Of a DNA stretch of 64,000 nt, positions 52,112-60,686 are shown in pieces (within the stretch, counting starts at the first letter, position 1; every line of letters begins with the position of its first letter). The notes beneath the pieces are model-generated. The model was not told the DNA's origin and searched no databases. It was given only the letters and a program-made list of their open reading frames with translations. The stretch comes from an uncultured Alphaproteobacteria bacterium (lineage in GTDB: Bacteria; Pseudomonadota; Alphaproteobacteria; HIMB59; GCA-002718135): NCBI GenBank assembly GCA_902595425.1, contig CACJPV010000003.1:78401-142400 (forward strand), in the 5' to 3' direction. Position numbers and translations under genes: made by a program.

Positions 52112-52300
52112 ATGTTTAATTTTAAATATTATTTAGCTAATTCTGTTAAGGATTTTATAAAAAAAAGAGAACAGAAAGAAGGACTTAAAAATATCTTTTT
52201 TAAAAAATTAGATAAAAACTTTCTTGAACTGTCAAAAGAAGAACAAGTTCAAAGAATAGTTAAAATTTTAGAAAGTCAGGGATTTAAATTAAAGAAATAG
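52112..52300 (+). CDS. 62-aa basic orphan protein downstream of the SAM-II-like riboswitch
   Basis: Strong AAGGAG SD, ATG start, only ORF of element 2; TAG abuts the right repeat pair. Confidence 0.75.
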   Translation: MFNFKYYLANSVKDFIKKREQKEGLKNIFFKKLDKNFLELSKEEQVQRIVKILESQGFKLKK

Positions 52301-52319
52301 ACTTGGACGTATGTTGGAC
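52301..52319. repeat. TTGGAC direct-repeat pair, right end of element 2
   Basis: ACTTGGACGTATGTTGGAC, 11-bp period. Confidence 0.8.
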
Positions 52320-52344
52320 ACAAGTCATTCGTCCGCTTCAAATT

Positions 52345-52394
52345 TGGAGCGGGCGAAGGGATTCGAACCCTCGACTTCAACCTTGGCAAGGTTG
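52345..52394 (-). repeat. tRNA-Gly 3'-half duplication (att site, 50 bp)
   Basis: Identical to 55150-55199; identity ends at the base of the anticodon stem. Confidence 0.95.
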
Positions 52395-52449
52395 GGTTCA
52401 AGAATATAGATTTCCTTTGAAGCGTAACTAGTTTTTGCTGTCTTGCTAA

Positions 52450-52472
52450 ATTTCTGTCACAACTGAGTCACA
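52450..52472. repeat. TGTCACA direct-repeat pair, left end of element 1
   Basis: ATTTCTGTCACA-ACTG-AGTCACA; matches 55058-55080. Confidence 0.8.
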
Positions 52473-53330
52473 CTAAGAATTATCTTTAATAAATTTTTTT
52501 ATGATTTGTGCTTCTTTCAAAACTAACTTCTTATCATAAATTATATAGCTTCTTTCAATATTTTGACCAGCAGCATTTGATAGCCAGTTAAAACTTCCAC
52601 AAACAACATACTCATCATCACATATGAGTATTTTAGAATGGTTTTTGTATTCTGCTAAATATATTTTTCCCTTTAATTTATGCTCTTTGGCTTGCTGAAC
52701 TAACTTTCTTAAATCATTCTCAGCATTTAATTCATATTCTTTTTTTTGTTCATTATGATGTGAACTTCTATATCCATATCCAAGATATATATTAACACCT
52801 CTTTTAAGAGCCTCAGTAAGAGAAATTTTAAAATCCTCATTAATAACATATGAAGTTGCCGTCCCTGACAAAATACAAATACTACTTGTTGCCTGTCCAA
52901 GAGTATTAAAAAAGATTTGTCTGTGTTGAGATAAATTATTTAATATTTTTAAGTTTACTTTTTTATTTGCTTGAACATAATCACTGACTTCTTTGTTATC
53001 AATTCTATTTTTATCAGATATGAAATTTTCAATAATATTTTTTTGTTGTTGAATTTTTTTGTCTTTACCATCAAGCCAATTAACTATACCGTAACAAATA
53101 GTAAATGTTAATACTGCTTCAGCTAATTGAAAAAACCAAAGCTCTGAAAAATCTCTTATCTTTACTTTCCCAAAATATACTGAAATACCAAGTGTCCAAG
53201 AAATCCAAAATAAACTTATTAAAAAACCAAATACCTTTGATAGATTAAAACTATTAAAAAAAAACTTTCCGGCACTAAAACCAAAAATAATAGTAAGAAT
53301 TATTGTTGCCTGATAAAATAATGCAGTCAT
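52473..53330 (-). CDS. Membrane-anchored phospholipase D (HKD)/Nuc-like domain protein
   Basis: About 3 N-terminal TMs, short coiled coil, single HSKILICD-x6-GSFN motif with downstream N-x-E. Confidence 0.85.
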   Translation of the reverse strand: MTALFYQATIILTIIFGFSAGKFFFNSFNLSKVFGFLISLFWISWTLGISVYFGKVKIRDFSELWFFQLAEAVLTFTICYGIVNWLDGKDKKIQQQKNIIENFISDKNRIDNKEVSDYVQANKKVNLKILNNLSQHRQIFFNTLGQATSSICILSGTATSYVINEDFKISLTEALKRGVNIYLGYGYRSSHHNEQKKEYELNAENDLRKLVQQAKEHKLKGKIYLAEYKNHSKILICDDEYVVCGSFNWLSNAAGQNIERSYIIYDKKLVLKEAQIIKKFIKDNS

Positions 53331-53373
53331 TATTAAACACTATATTATCATTTTTTTAAAACTTAAAAAAATT

Positions 53374-54222
53374 TTATACCAAAGTATTATAAGCACTTGA
53401 AAAAAGAGATTTAAGTGAATCCCTAAACCATTCATAAACTGATGTGATATTAAGCTTATTAGAATGTTTTCTTACTAAAACTGCTATTATTAACCCAAGA
53501 ATCAATCCAAGCCAGACAGGGCCTCCAACAAATGAAGATATTCCCAAAAAAGAAAATAAACTTAAAGAACCTATTTTAGTGCCTTCTAAGAATTTTTTGG
53601 AAAATTTTTTCTTATTTTTCTCTAAATGAAAATGTCTACCTAGCATAATTATTGATATAATAACTGTAATTGGGTTACCTCCAATAGCTCCTGCCATCAT
53701 TAATGAAGAAACAAGGTCTCCAAATAACTTTGCATCTTTTTTATTCCAATTAAAAACAACACCTAAGACCCCTAAAGAAGATGCAATTAATTCAGAGCCA
53801 TTTAAAGTTTGAATGTCATAAAACCAGTCTTTTGGTATAAAAAATTTATCATGCAGAAAGATAGCAGCTTTATCATAACTATCTTTACTTAATGTATAAA
53901 ATGGTAGACCAGCATGTGTGTTGAAATCTTTAAAAAATGTTTTAACAAATGCTTCTAATTCTTGTTTTCTGCTATCATCTATTTTGACATTCTTTACAGT
54001 TTCCCACATTTCAAATGGTTGGTGTCCGTCAAAAAGTCTATGTTTCCATCCACCTATATGAGTAGCATTATATGCTGCATCAACAGCTTTATCATAAACA
54101 GTTGCTGAAGATTCAGTTAAAGAGCCAAACCAATTTTCAAATTTTCTGCTAAAATCAGATGCTAATAAACTATTAACCCAAATAGAGGTTTTATTAATAA
54201 TTTCAGATTTAATGCTTTTCAT
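53374..54222 (-). CDS. Hypothetical protein with HRLFDGH motif and C-terminal Gly-rich hydrophobic helices
   Basis: 282-aa ORF from ATG 54222; DKAVDAAYNATHIGGWKHRLFDGH segment; C-terminal hydrophobic hairpins. Confidence 0.75.
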   Translation of the reverse strand: MKSIKSEIINKTSIWVNSLLASDFSRKFENWFGSLTESSATVYDKAVDAAYNATHIGGWKHRLFDGHQPFEMWETVKNVKIDDSRKQELEAFVKTFFKDFNTHAGLPFYTLSKDSYDKAAIFLHDKFFIPKDWFYDIQTLNGSELIASSLGVLGVVFNWNKKDAKLFGDLVSSLMMAGAIGGNPITVIISIIMLGRHFHLEKNKKKFSKKFLEGTKIGSLSLFSFLGISSFVGGPVWLGLILGLIIAVLVRKHSNKLNITSVYEWFRDSLKSLFSSAYNTLV

Positions 54223-54320
54223 TATAGTCCCCAAAATAAAATTGTCACAAAAACACAAAACAGTCCAATAACAATTGAAATTCCAAACATAGCATAAAGA
54301 AATCGAATTAATTCTTGCAT
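54222..54320 (-). CDS. 32-aa single-TM peptide (absent from ORF track)
   Basis: MQELIRFLYAMFGISIVIGLFCVFVTILFWGL; ATG directly follows the upstream TAA and its own TAA overlaps the next ATG (TAATG). Confidence 0.65.
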   Translation of the reverse strand: MQELIRFLYAMFGISIVIGLFCVFVTILFWGL

Positions 54321-54998
54321 TTATCTAAACTTCAATTCAATTGTTTCATCAGCAACAGCGTATCCTTCTACTTTAATAAAAACGCTGTCACCTTCAATTT
54401 TATAATATTTAATCTTACCAGGCCAAACAGTTCCTGTTAGTGCAAAGTCTTTTACTGCTAAATTTTCCCCATCATAATTAAAAATATAATAATTAGCAGT
54501 ATTCATACAAGAAGAGCCACAACTGATATTGTAAAATACATAAACAAGGTAGTTATTATCATTTAACTTTACTATTGGATTATAAGTTAAGTACTCCGAC
54601 CATAAATCTTCCCCGCGATATTTATTAAAAGGTTGATTGGATATAATATTATTATGTTTGGAATAAAATGAGCTTAGATTTATAATTTCATCGAAACTAC
54701 TGTGCAAATCTTCTTCATAGGTATAGATAAAACGTGGTTCTAATTGTTCATGTATATAATAAAAAACATAAGGATGAATTCTTTTACCATTAAAAGACAT
54801 CATATCTATGTTGGCTCCATAATCAGCTTTAATATAATTTTCTCTGTAAACAGGAATGTATTCATCTCTTAGATAATCAATTAATGTAGGAATTTTAAAT
54901 AGGAGATATACAACGACGATTAAAGTAAGTGTGTATTGAATAAATTTTAGAATGAACCAATAAAGTGAATGAAAGAAAGAGGTTATGACATTAACCAT
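54321..54998 (-). CDS. Hypothetical N-terminally anchored, probably periplasmic protein
   Basis: 225-aa ORF, N-terminal hydrophobic segment, Tyr-rich, CGSSC motif. Confidence 0.7.
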   Translation of the reverse strand: MVNVITSFFHSLYWFILKFIQYTLTLIVVVYLLFKIPTLIDYLRDEYIPVYRENYIKADYGANIDMMSFNGKRIHPYVFYYIHEQLEPRFIYTYEEDLHSSFDEIINLSSFYSKHNNIISNQPFNKYRGEDLWSEYLTYNPIVKLNDNNYLVYVFYNISCGSSCMNTANYYIFNYDGENLAVKDFALTGTVWPGKIKYYKIEGDSVFIKVEGYAVADETIELKFR

Positions 54999-55057
54999 AC
55001 TTCTTTTAATCAGTTAAGTTTGTCATCATTATGAAATCAATATAAATCGAAGTTTTT

Positions 55058-55080
55058 ATTTCTGTCACACTGGTGTCACA
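55058..55080. repeat. TGTCACA direct-repeat pair, right end of element 1
   Basis: ATTTCTGTCACA-CTGG-TGTCACA, 11-bp period, about 70 bp from the tRNA CCA end. Confidence 0.8.
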
Positions 55081-55149
55081 ATAAGAATGTAAAATAAGAT
55101 ATTTTTGAAAAAAACTTAACAGACAAAAGAGAAGGTTTGTGGGAATACT

Positions 55150-55224
55150 TGGAGCGGGCGAAGGGATTCGAACCCTCGACTTCAACCTTGGCAAGGTTGC
55201 GCTCTACCCCTGAGCTACGCCCGC
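55150..55224 (-). tRNA. tRNA-Gly(GCC)
   Basis: GCGGGCGTAGCTCAGGGGTAGAGCGCAACCTTGCCAAGGTTGAAGTCGAGGGTTCGAATCCCTTCGCCCGCTCCA: full cloverleaf, anticodon GCC, encoded CCA. Confidence 0.98.
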
Positions 55225-55283
55225 ATTGGTTTTTGCTAGTAACATGATATAATACGAAAGTATAATAAAAAAATATCCCACTC

Positions 55284-55799
55284 ATGCTTAACTCAACTGA
55301 ATTTATTGAAATTATCAGAAAGTCAAAATATAGTTTTAAAATTCATGAGCATGCCGATTTGCATACTGTGGAAGATTCCAAGAAACTAAGAGGTGAGATT
55401 AAGGGCGCGCATACAAAAAATTTATTTTTAAAAAATAAAAAAAATAATTTTTTTTTAATTTCCTGTGAAGAAAACAGTGAAATAAATTTGAGAAAAATAT
55501 CTAAATCACTAAATCTAGGCAATGTCTCTTTTGCAAAAACAGAATATCTTGATAGTTATTTAGGAATTAAGCCTGGGTCTGTTTCTCCTTTTGCATTATT
55601 AAATGATAATAAACAGTTTGTTAGTTTTTTTTTGGAAGATAAATTGTATGAATCGGAAATTTTAAATTTTCATCCTCTTGTTAACTCAATAACAATTTCG
55701 ATACCTGCAAATGATTTTATTAGTTTTATGATTGAAAATAATAAAAAAATACATATCTTTTCTAATACAAATTATGAGATTATAAAAACTTATGAATAG
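55284..55799 (+). CDS. YbaK/ProXp-ala aminoacyl-tRNA editing protein
   Basis: H....TVEDS, KNLFLKNKK, LG..PGSVSPFALLND, NFHPL.N. Confidence 0.9.
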   Translation: MLNSTEFIEIIRKSKYSFKIHEHADLHTVEDSKKLRGEIKGAHTKNLFLKNKKNNFFLISCEENSEINLRKISKSLNLGNVSFAKTEYLDSYLGIKPGSVSPFALLNDNKQFVSFFLEDKLYESEILNFHPLVNSITISIPANDFISFMIENNKKIHIFSNTNYEIIKTYE

Positions 55800-56655
55800 T
55801 ATTAATATAATCGATGTCAAAGAGATTGATTTTGAAAAAAAGGTTATTGAGGCAAGTGATGAAAAACTTGTTGTGGTTGATTTTTGGGCTCCATGGTGTG
55901 GTCCTTGTAAACAATTAACTCCGATATTAGAAAAAATAATCTCTGGCTCACCAGATAAAATTCTTTTAGCTAAAATAAACATTGATGAAAATCAACAAAT
56001 TGCAGCCCAACTTAGAATACAATCAATTCCTACTGTTTATGCTTTTAAGGAAAAACAGGTGGTTAATGCCTTTCAAGGCGTTATTCCTGAAACGAAGATT
56101 GTAGAGTTTTTAGAAAAATCTCTTGGTGAAAAACTTGATAATAATTTTGATGATTTTTATTCTCAGGTTAAAATTTTTTTTGATAATAAAGATTATTCAA
56201 GTGCTAAAGAACTTCTTGAAGATTTTATTTCTAAAAACTCAAAGGAGGTTAAGGCTCTTTGTATGTATCTAGAGAGCTTAATTGGTTTAAACAAAACTCA
56301 AGAAGCAAATGATTTCTTGGAATCTATAGATGAAGAGCTGGTTAAAAAAGAAGAAATCCAAAAAATTATTAAGAGAATAGATTTAGTAAAACAATCTAAT
56401 GAAGGTCCTTCAATAGAAAAACTCTATGACGATCTTAATAAAAATCCAAACGACTTGGCTCTGATCTTAAAATTAGCTGATGCACATTTTGGCATTAATG
56501 AATTTGATAAATCATTTGAATTACTATTAGAACATTTTCCAAAAAATAAAGAAAAAATAAAATCTAAAATATTAAGTTTTTGTGATGTGCTAGGTTTTGA
56601 ACATCAAGCTGCAACAAAATATAGAAAAAAACTTTCAAGTCTTCTGTTCTCTTAA
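55792..56655 (+). CDS. cnoX: Thioredoxin-TPR chaperedoxin (YbbN/CnoX)
   Basis: DFWAPWCGPCKQL, IQSIPTVYAF, TPR region ending YRKKLSSLLFS. Confidence 0.9.
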   Translation: MNSINIIDVKEIDFEKKVIEASDEKLVVVDFWAPWCGPCKQLTPILEKIISGSPDKILLAKINIDENQQIAAQLRIQSIPTVYAFKEKQVVNAFQGVIPETKIVEFLEKSLGEKLDNNFDDFYSQVKIFFDNKDYSSAKELLEDFISKNSKEVKALCMYLESLIGLNKTQEANDFLESIDEELVKKEEIQKIIKRIDLVKQSNEGPSIEKLYDDLNKNPNDLALILKLADAHFGINEFDKSFELLLEHFPKNKEKIKSKILSFCDVLGFEHQAATKYRKKLSSLLFS

Positions 56656-56656
56656 G

Positions 56657-57247
56657 ATGAAATTTCCAATTTTTCCTCTTAACGGAGCTATATTGTTTCC
56701 AAAAACTAATTTACCCTTAAATATATTTGAGAAAAGATATCTTCAAATGGTTGATTATGCATTGTCAAATAATCGAATTATTGGAATGATACAAAAAAAA
56801 GAAAATGAAGAATATTTTAATGTTGGTTGTTTTGGTAAAATCACTAACTTTACTGAAACCACAGATGGTAGATATCAAATAAATTTAGAAGGAATAAGTA
56901 GATTTAGTATCAATAAAATTTACAATGATGATTATAAGTTTATCTTAATCGATGGACAGATTTTAAAATTTACTAGTCAAACAATAGATGATGATCTTCT
57001 TTCTAAAAAACTACTGAATGTTTTTAAAAATTATTTAGATACTAAAAAAATTAAATTTGATACAAAGGGGTTTAACAATCTAGACAGCTTAAATCTTGGA
57101 AAAATTATTTGTGTTATTTCTCCTTTAGATTATTTAACAAAGCAGATGCTGCTTGAGTTTAACAACTTTAAAGATTTTTTTGAAAGTTTAATATCTGTAT
57201 TAGAAATTGAAATAAAAAGTATAGAAAATAATATAAAAATTAATTAA
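56657..57247 (+). CDS. LON peptidase N-terminal domain protein
   Basis: PIFPL.GAILFP...LPLNIFE.RY, ETTDGRY.I.L.G..RF; ATG 56657. Confidence 0.9.
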   Translation: MKFPIFPLNGAILFPKTNLPLNIFEKRYLQMVDYALSNNRIIGMIQKKENEEYFNVGCFGKITNFTETTDGRYQINLEGISRFSINKIYNDDYKFILIDGQILKFTSQTIDDDLLSKKLLNVFKNYLDTKKIKFDTKGFNNLDSLNLGKIICVISPLDYLTKQMLLEFNNFKDFFESLISVLEIEIKSIENNIKIN

Positions 57248-58413
57248 ATTGCCATTGCGTATTTACTAATTTTGTTTTTTATTTCATGAGTATTTTCAAT
57301 AAAGCTGAAACCGATATTGCTCAACTGTCTATATAAAAGATTGTTTTTTTTAAAATGCGAATTTAGCTTGTCTGTTATTTGATAGAGTTGAAAGGCCTTA
57401 TTATAAGTTAGATCATTATACTCTTTGCAAAAAGAAGTCGTGCCGATTTGACCCCTTAAGCTTTTAGAAATTTTGTATAAATTTTTTACATCTGTTACAC
57501 CAAGGTTCCAACCCTGACCGGCAATTGGGTGTATAGAATGTGCAGAGTCACCAATATAAATAAGTCTGTTTCCATAAAAAGAATCGTTTAAATGTGCAGA
57601 CAGAGGGAAGACCTGCAAAGAACTAATTTTTTTTATATGACCAACATAATCTCCAATTTTTTCCTCCACAAAGTTTTTTAAGAAAACAGAATTTGAATTA
57701 ACTAACTTATTTAAAACGTTTTTGTTATTTGACCATATTACTGTGCTTTTAAAACCTTTTTTGGAATTCATGGGCAAAATTGCTAGTGGTCCAGTTTTAT
57801 AAAAAATTTCGTATGCGGTATTATTAATATTTTTTTCGTGTTCAAATGTTATTACTAATGCATTATCTGGATAAACTTTTTTATATGTTTTTGTTCCAAT
57901 AATATTTTTGATTTTGCTGTTTTTGCCATCTGCAGCCAATAATAATTTTGAATTAATTGTATATTTTTCTGAGCTGACCTTGCAAACCCCTCTTTCATAT
58001 TCAACATTAGAGACATCAAAACCATAAATTTTTTTAATTTTTTTAAATTTATTTAATTTATCTATTAAAATTTTACTAAATATTTTATTTTCAATTACAT
58101 ATCCAAGATTTTGGCTGGTGTTTGGGTTTTTGAATTCTATTTTGTTTTTTGGCGATCTATCAAAAACCTTAATTTTTTTTATTGGTTCTGCATATCCTTT
58201 TAGATCACTCCATAAATGTAAGTGTTCTAAAAACTGTTTTGAGCCTTCTGATATCGCCACAGTTCTATTGTCTTGAAAAGACATGTTGGGGTCTGAAAAA
58301 TTTTTTTTATCAACTAAAGCGACCTTAAAATTTAACGATGACAAACTGTGAGCAGCAACCAAGCCAACAAGGCCAGAGCCCACGACAAGAATCTCACAAT
58401 TAATTTCTTTCAT
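57244..58413 (-). CDS. UbiH/UbiL family FAD-dependent ubiquinone hydroxylase
   Basis: GSGLVG, D.RT.AIS, AADG..S, GDSAHSIHPIAGQGWNLG. Confidence 0.9.
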   Translation of the reverse strand: MKEINCEILVVGSGLVGLVAAHSLSSLNFKVALVDKKNFSDPNMSFQDNRTVAISEGSKQFLEHLHLWSDLKGYAEPIKKIKVFDRSPKNKIEFKNPNTSQNLGYVIENKIFSKILIDKLNKFKKIKKIYGFDVSNVEYERGVCKVSSEKYTINSKLLLAADGKNSKIKNIIGTKTYKKVYPDNALVITFEHEKNINNTAYEIFYKTGPLAILPMNSKKGFKSTVIWSNNKNVLNKLVNSNSVFLKNFVEEKIGDYVGHIKKISSLQVFPLSAHLNDSFYGNRLIYIGDSAHSIHPIAGQGWNLGVTDVKNLYKISKSLRGQIGTTSFCKEYNDLTYNKAFQLYQITDKLNSHFKKNNLLYRQLSNIGFSFIENTHEIKNKISKYAMAI

Positions 58414-58466
58414 AATTTTCTTCGAATTACCTTAATCTATATGTATTACAAACTATATTATTAATT

Positions 58467-60686
58467 ATGTTTAAGTATGGCGGATTCAAACAGTTTTTTT
58501 TGAAGATATTTTTTGGAGCTGTTTTGTTTGTTTTTTCTACTTTTCTTTTAACAAGCCTTATTACTTATAGTCCAGAAGATCCTGGGATTGGAAAACTTAA
58601 TGGAACTGGTGAGGTAAAAAACTTTTTCGGTTTTTGGGGAGCGCTTTCATCTAGCGTTTTTCTTATAACGCTTGGAGAGCTGTCTTATATTTTGATTATT
58701 TTTTTGCTTTATGTTGGTATGGTTACAATTGTTGGAATTAGCAAAAAAGGGTTTATTTTAAAAGGGGTTCTTGTGGTTTTGTCTATAATTTTTTTTAATT
58801 TTTCACAGACATTGCTTAATCTTGATTTTTTTAAAACAGGACTATTTTCAAACTTTTTATTTGATCTTTTTTATTTTTATTTTCCTTTTTTGGTAAATAA
58901 TTTTTATTATAAGCTATTAATAGCACTCGTATTGGGAATTGTTTCTATAGCACTCATTATATTTGGGTTTTCTATAAAAACAACTTTTTTAAAATATTTT
59001 TCTTTAAAGATTCTTAATCTTTCTATGCTTGCTTTTTTAAACCCTTTAAAATCTTTTAAAATTAAAAGAAGCAAAAAACCTTATAAGCCAACAAACTTAA
59101 ACAAGGAAAAAAACGAGCCCACAATATTAAAAAAACCAAAAATATTCTCAAATAGAAATAAACCCTCTATTAAAAATGATTATGATGAATTTGTTTTTAA
59201 GCTTCCTAAAACCAATTTATTAAAAAAATCTATTTTAAAAAACACGTTAAAGAAAGAGTTAGAACACACTAATAAAAACAACTCAAACAAATTAGAGCAA
59301 GTCTTGGAAGAATATGGCGTTCTTGGAAAAATTATTGGTTATAAAACTGGTCCAATAGTAACGTTGTATGAATTTATTCCAAACGCTGGAATTAAGGCTA
59401 GCAAAATAATAGGTCTGGCAGATGATATTGCGAGAGCAATGTCTTCAGTTTCTGCAAGAATTTCATCTCAGCCGGGAAAAACTAGTTTGGGCATAGAAAT
59501 ACCAAACCCAAAGAGAGAGGATGTGATGTTTGGAGATTTGGTTAATGAGCAAAAGTTTAGTGAGTTGAATAGTTGCCTAACCTTAGCTTTGGGAAAGGAT
59601 ATATCGGGTCAGGTTGTTTATGCCGATTTAGAAAAAATGCCCCATCTTTTGATTGCTGGTACCACAGGATCAGGAAAATCGGTTGGGATAAATACTATAA
59701 TTATGAGCATACTTTATAGATTTAGGCCAGATGAATGTAAGTTGATTTTAATTGACCCTAAAATGCTTGAGCTAAGCGTTTATGAAGATATTCCACATCT
59801 TTTAACGCCGGTCGTTACAAATCCTAACAAGGCGGTTTTTGCATTAAAATGGGTAGTTAGGGAAATGGAAAATAGATATAAATTAATGAGCTCATTGAAT
59901 GTTAAAAACATTAATTCATATAATGATAAATCAAAAAAAATCCTCTCTACTGGAAAAAAGCTTTTTAGAAATGTTCAAACAGGAATAGACAATGATACAA
60001 GAAAGCCAATTTTTGAAAAAAGAGAAATACCCCTCGAGAAAATGCCTTTTATTGTGGTTGTTATAGATGAGATGGCTGATCTGATGATGGTAGCAGGAAA
60101 AGAGGTAGAAAACTTAGTACAAAGACTGGCCCAAATGGCGAGGGCCTCTGGCATTCATTTAGTTACAGCAACTCAGAGACCAAGTGTTGATGTTATAACC
60201 GGAACTATTAAGGCTAACTTTCCGAGCAGATTAAGTTACAAGGTGGCAAGCAAGTTTGATAGTCGAACAATATTAAATGAGATGGGCGCAGAACAACTGT
60301 TGGGAAGGGGTGATATGTTATTTTTAGAAAATGGCGCAAATTTAAAAAGACTTCATGGGGGCTTTATATCAGAAAATGAAATAGAGAGTGTTGTTAACTC
60401 AATAAAAGAACAGGTAATATTTGATCAAAAAACAGAAATATCATTAGACGAGCCAAAAGAAGAAAGTCCTATGGGATTAGGTTTTGGTGAAGGAGAAATT
60501 GATGCACTCTATTCAAATGCTGTTGAAATTGTTGTAAGACAGCAAAAAGTTTCAACAAGCTATATTCAAAGATACTTGCAAATTGGGTATAACAGAGCGG
60601 CAAGAATAGTCGAAAAAATGGAAGATGAAGGAATAATATCAGAGGCAAACAATGCTGGAAAAAGACAAGTACTTAAAAAAAATTAA
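58467..60686 (+). CDS. ftsK: DNA translocase FtsK
   Basis: 4 TM; PHLLIAGTTGSGKS, IDEMADLM, ATQRPSVDVITG; gamma domain LQIGYNRAAR. Confidence 0.98.
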   Translation: MFKYGGFKQFFLKIFFGAVLFVFSTFLLTSLITYSPEDPGIGKLNGTGEVKNFFGFWGALSSSVFLITLGELSYILIIFLLYVGMVTIVGISKKGFILKGVLVVLSIIFFNFSQTLLNLDFFKTGLFSNFLFDLFYFYFPFLVNNFYYKLLIALVLGIVSIALIIFGFSIKTTFLKYFSLKILNLSMLAFLNPLKSFKIKRSKKPYKPTNLNKEKNEPTILKKPKIFSNRNKPSIKNDYDEFVFKLPKTNLLKKSILKNTLKKELEHTNKNNSNKLEQVLEEYGVLGKIIGYKTGPIVTLYEFIPNAGIKASKIIGLADDIARAMSSVSARISSQPGKTSLGIEIPNPKREDVMFGDLVNEQKFSELNSCLTLALGKDISGQVVYADLEKMPHLLIAGTTGSGKSVGINTIIMSILYRFRPDECKLILIDPKMLELSVYEDIPHLLTPVVTNPNKAVFALKWVVREMENRYKLMSSLNVKNINSYNDKSKKILSTGKKLFRNVQTGIDNDTRKPIFEKREIPLEKMPFIVVVIDEMADLMMVAGKEVENLVQRLAQMARASGIHLVTATQRPSVDVITGTIKANFPSRLSYKVASKFDSRTILNEMGAEQLLGRGDMLFLENGANLKRLHGGFISENEIESVVNSIKEQVIFDQKTEISLDEPKEESPMGLGFGEGEIDALYSNAVEIVVRQQKVSTSYIQRYLQIGYNRAARIVEKMEDEGIISEANNAGKRQVLKKN

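Larger units (their letters stand above)
51737..55199. mobile_element. Tandem array of three integrase-less mini-islands at the 3' end of tRNA-Gly(GCC)
   Basis: Three displaced direct repeats of the tRNA 3' half or anticodon arm, element-specific terminal repeat motifs, and orphan cargo genes. Confidence 0.88.

Noticed and set aside
54243-54249. Additional TGTCACA inside unit 1
   Set aside because: Single unpaired copy within a coding region; could be chance
51741-55199. tRNA-derived repeats as a CRISPR array or as extra tRNA genes
   Set aside because: The repeats are tRNA 3' halves lacking the D-arm and 5' acceptor strand; spacing is irregular (about 0.1-2.8 kb); no cas genes in the window
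55006-55285. ORF-track entries 55006-55194 and 55076-55285
   Set aside because: Shadow ORFs running through tRNA-Gly
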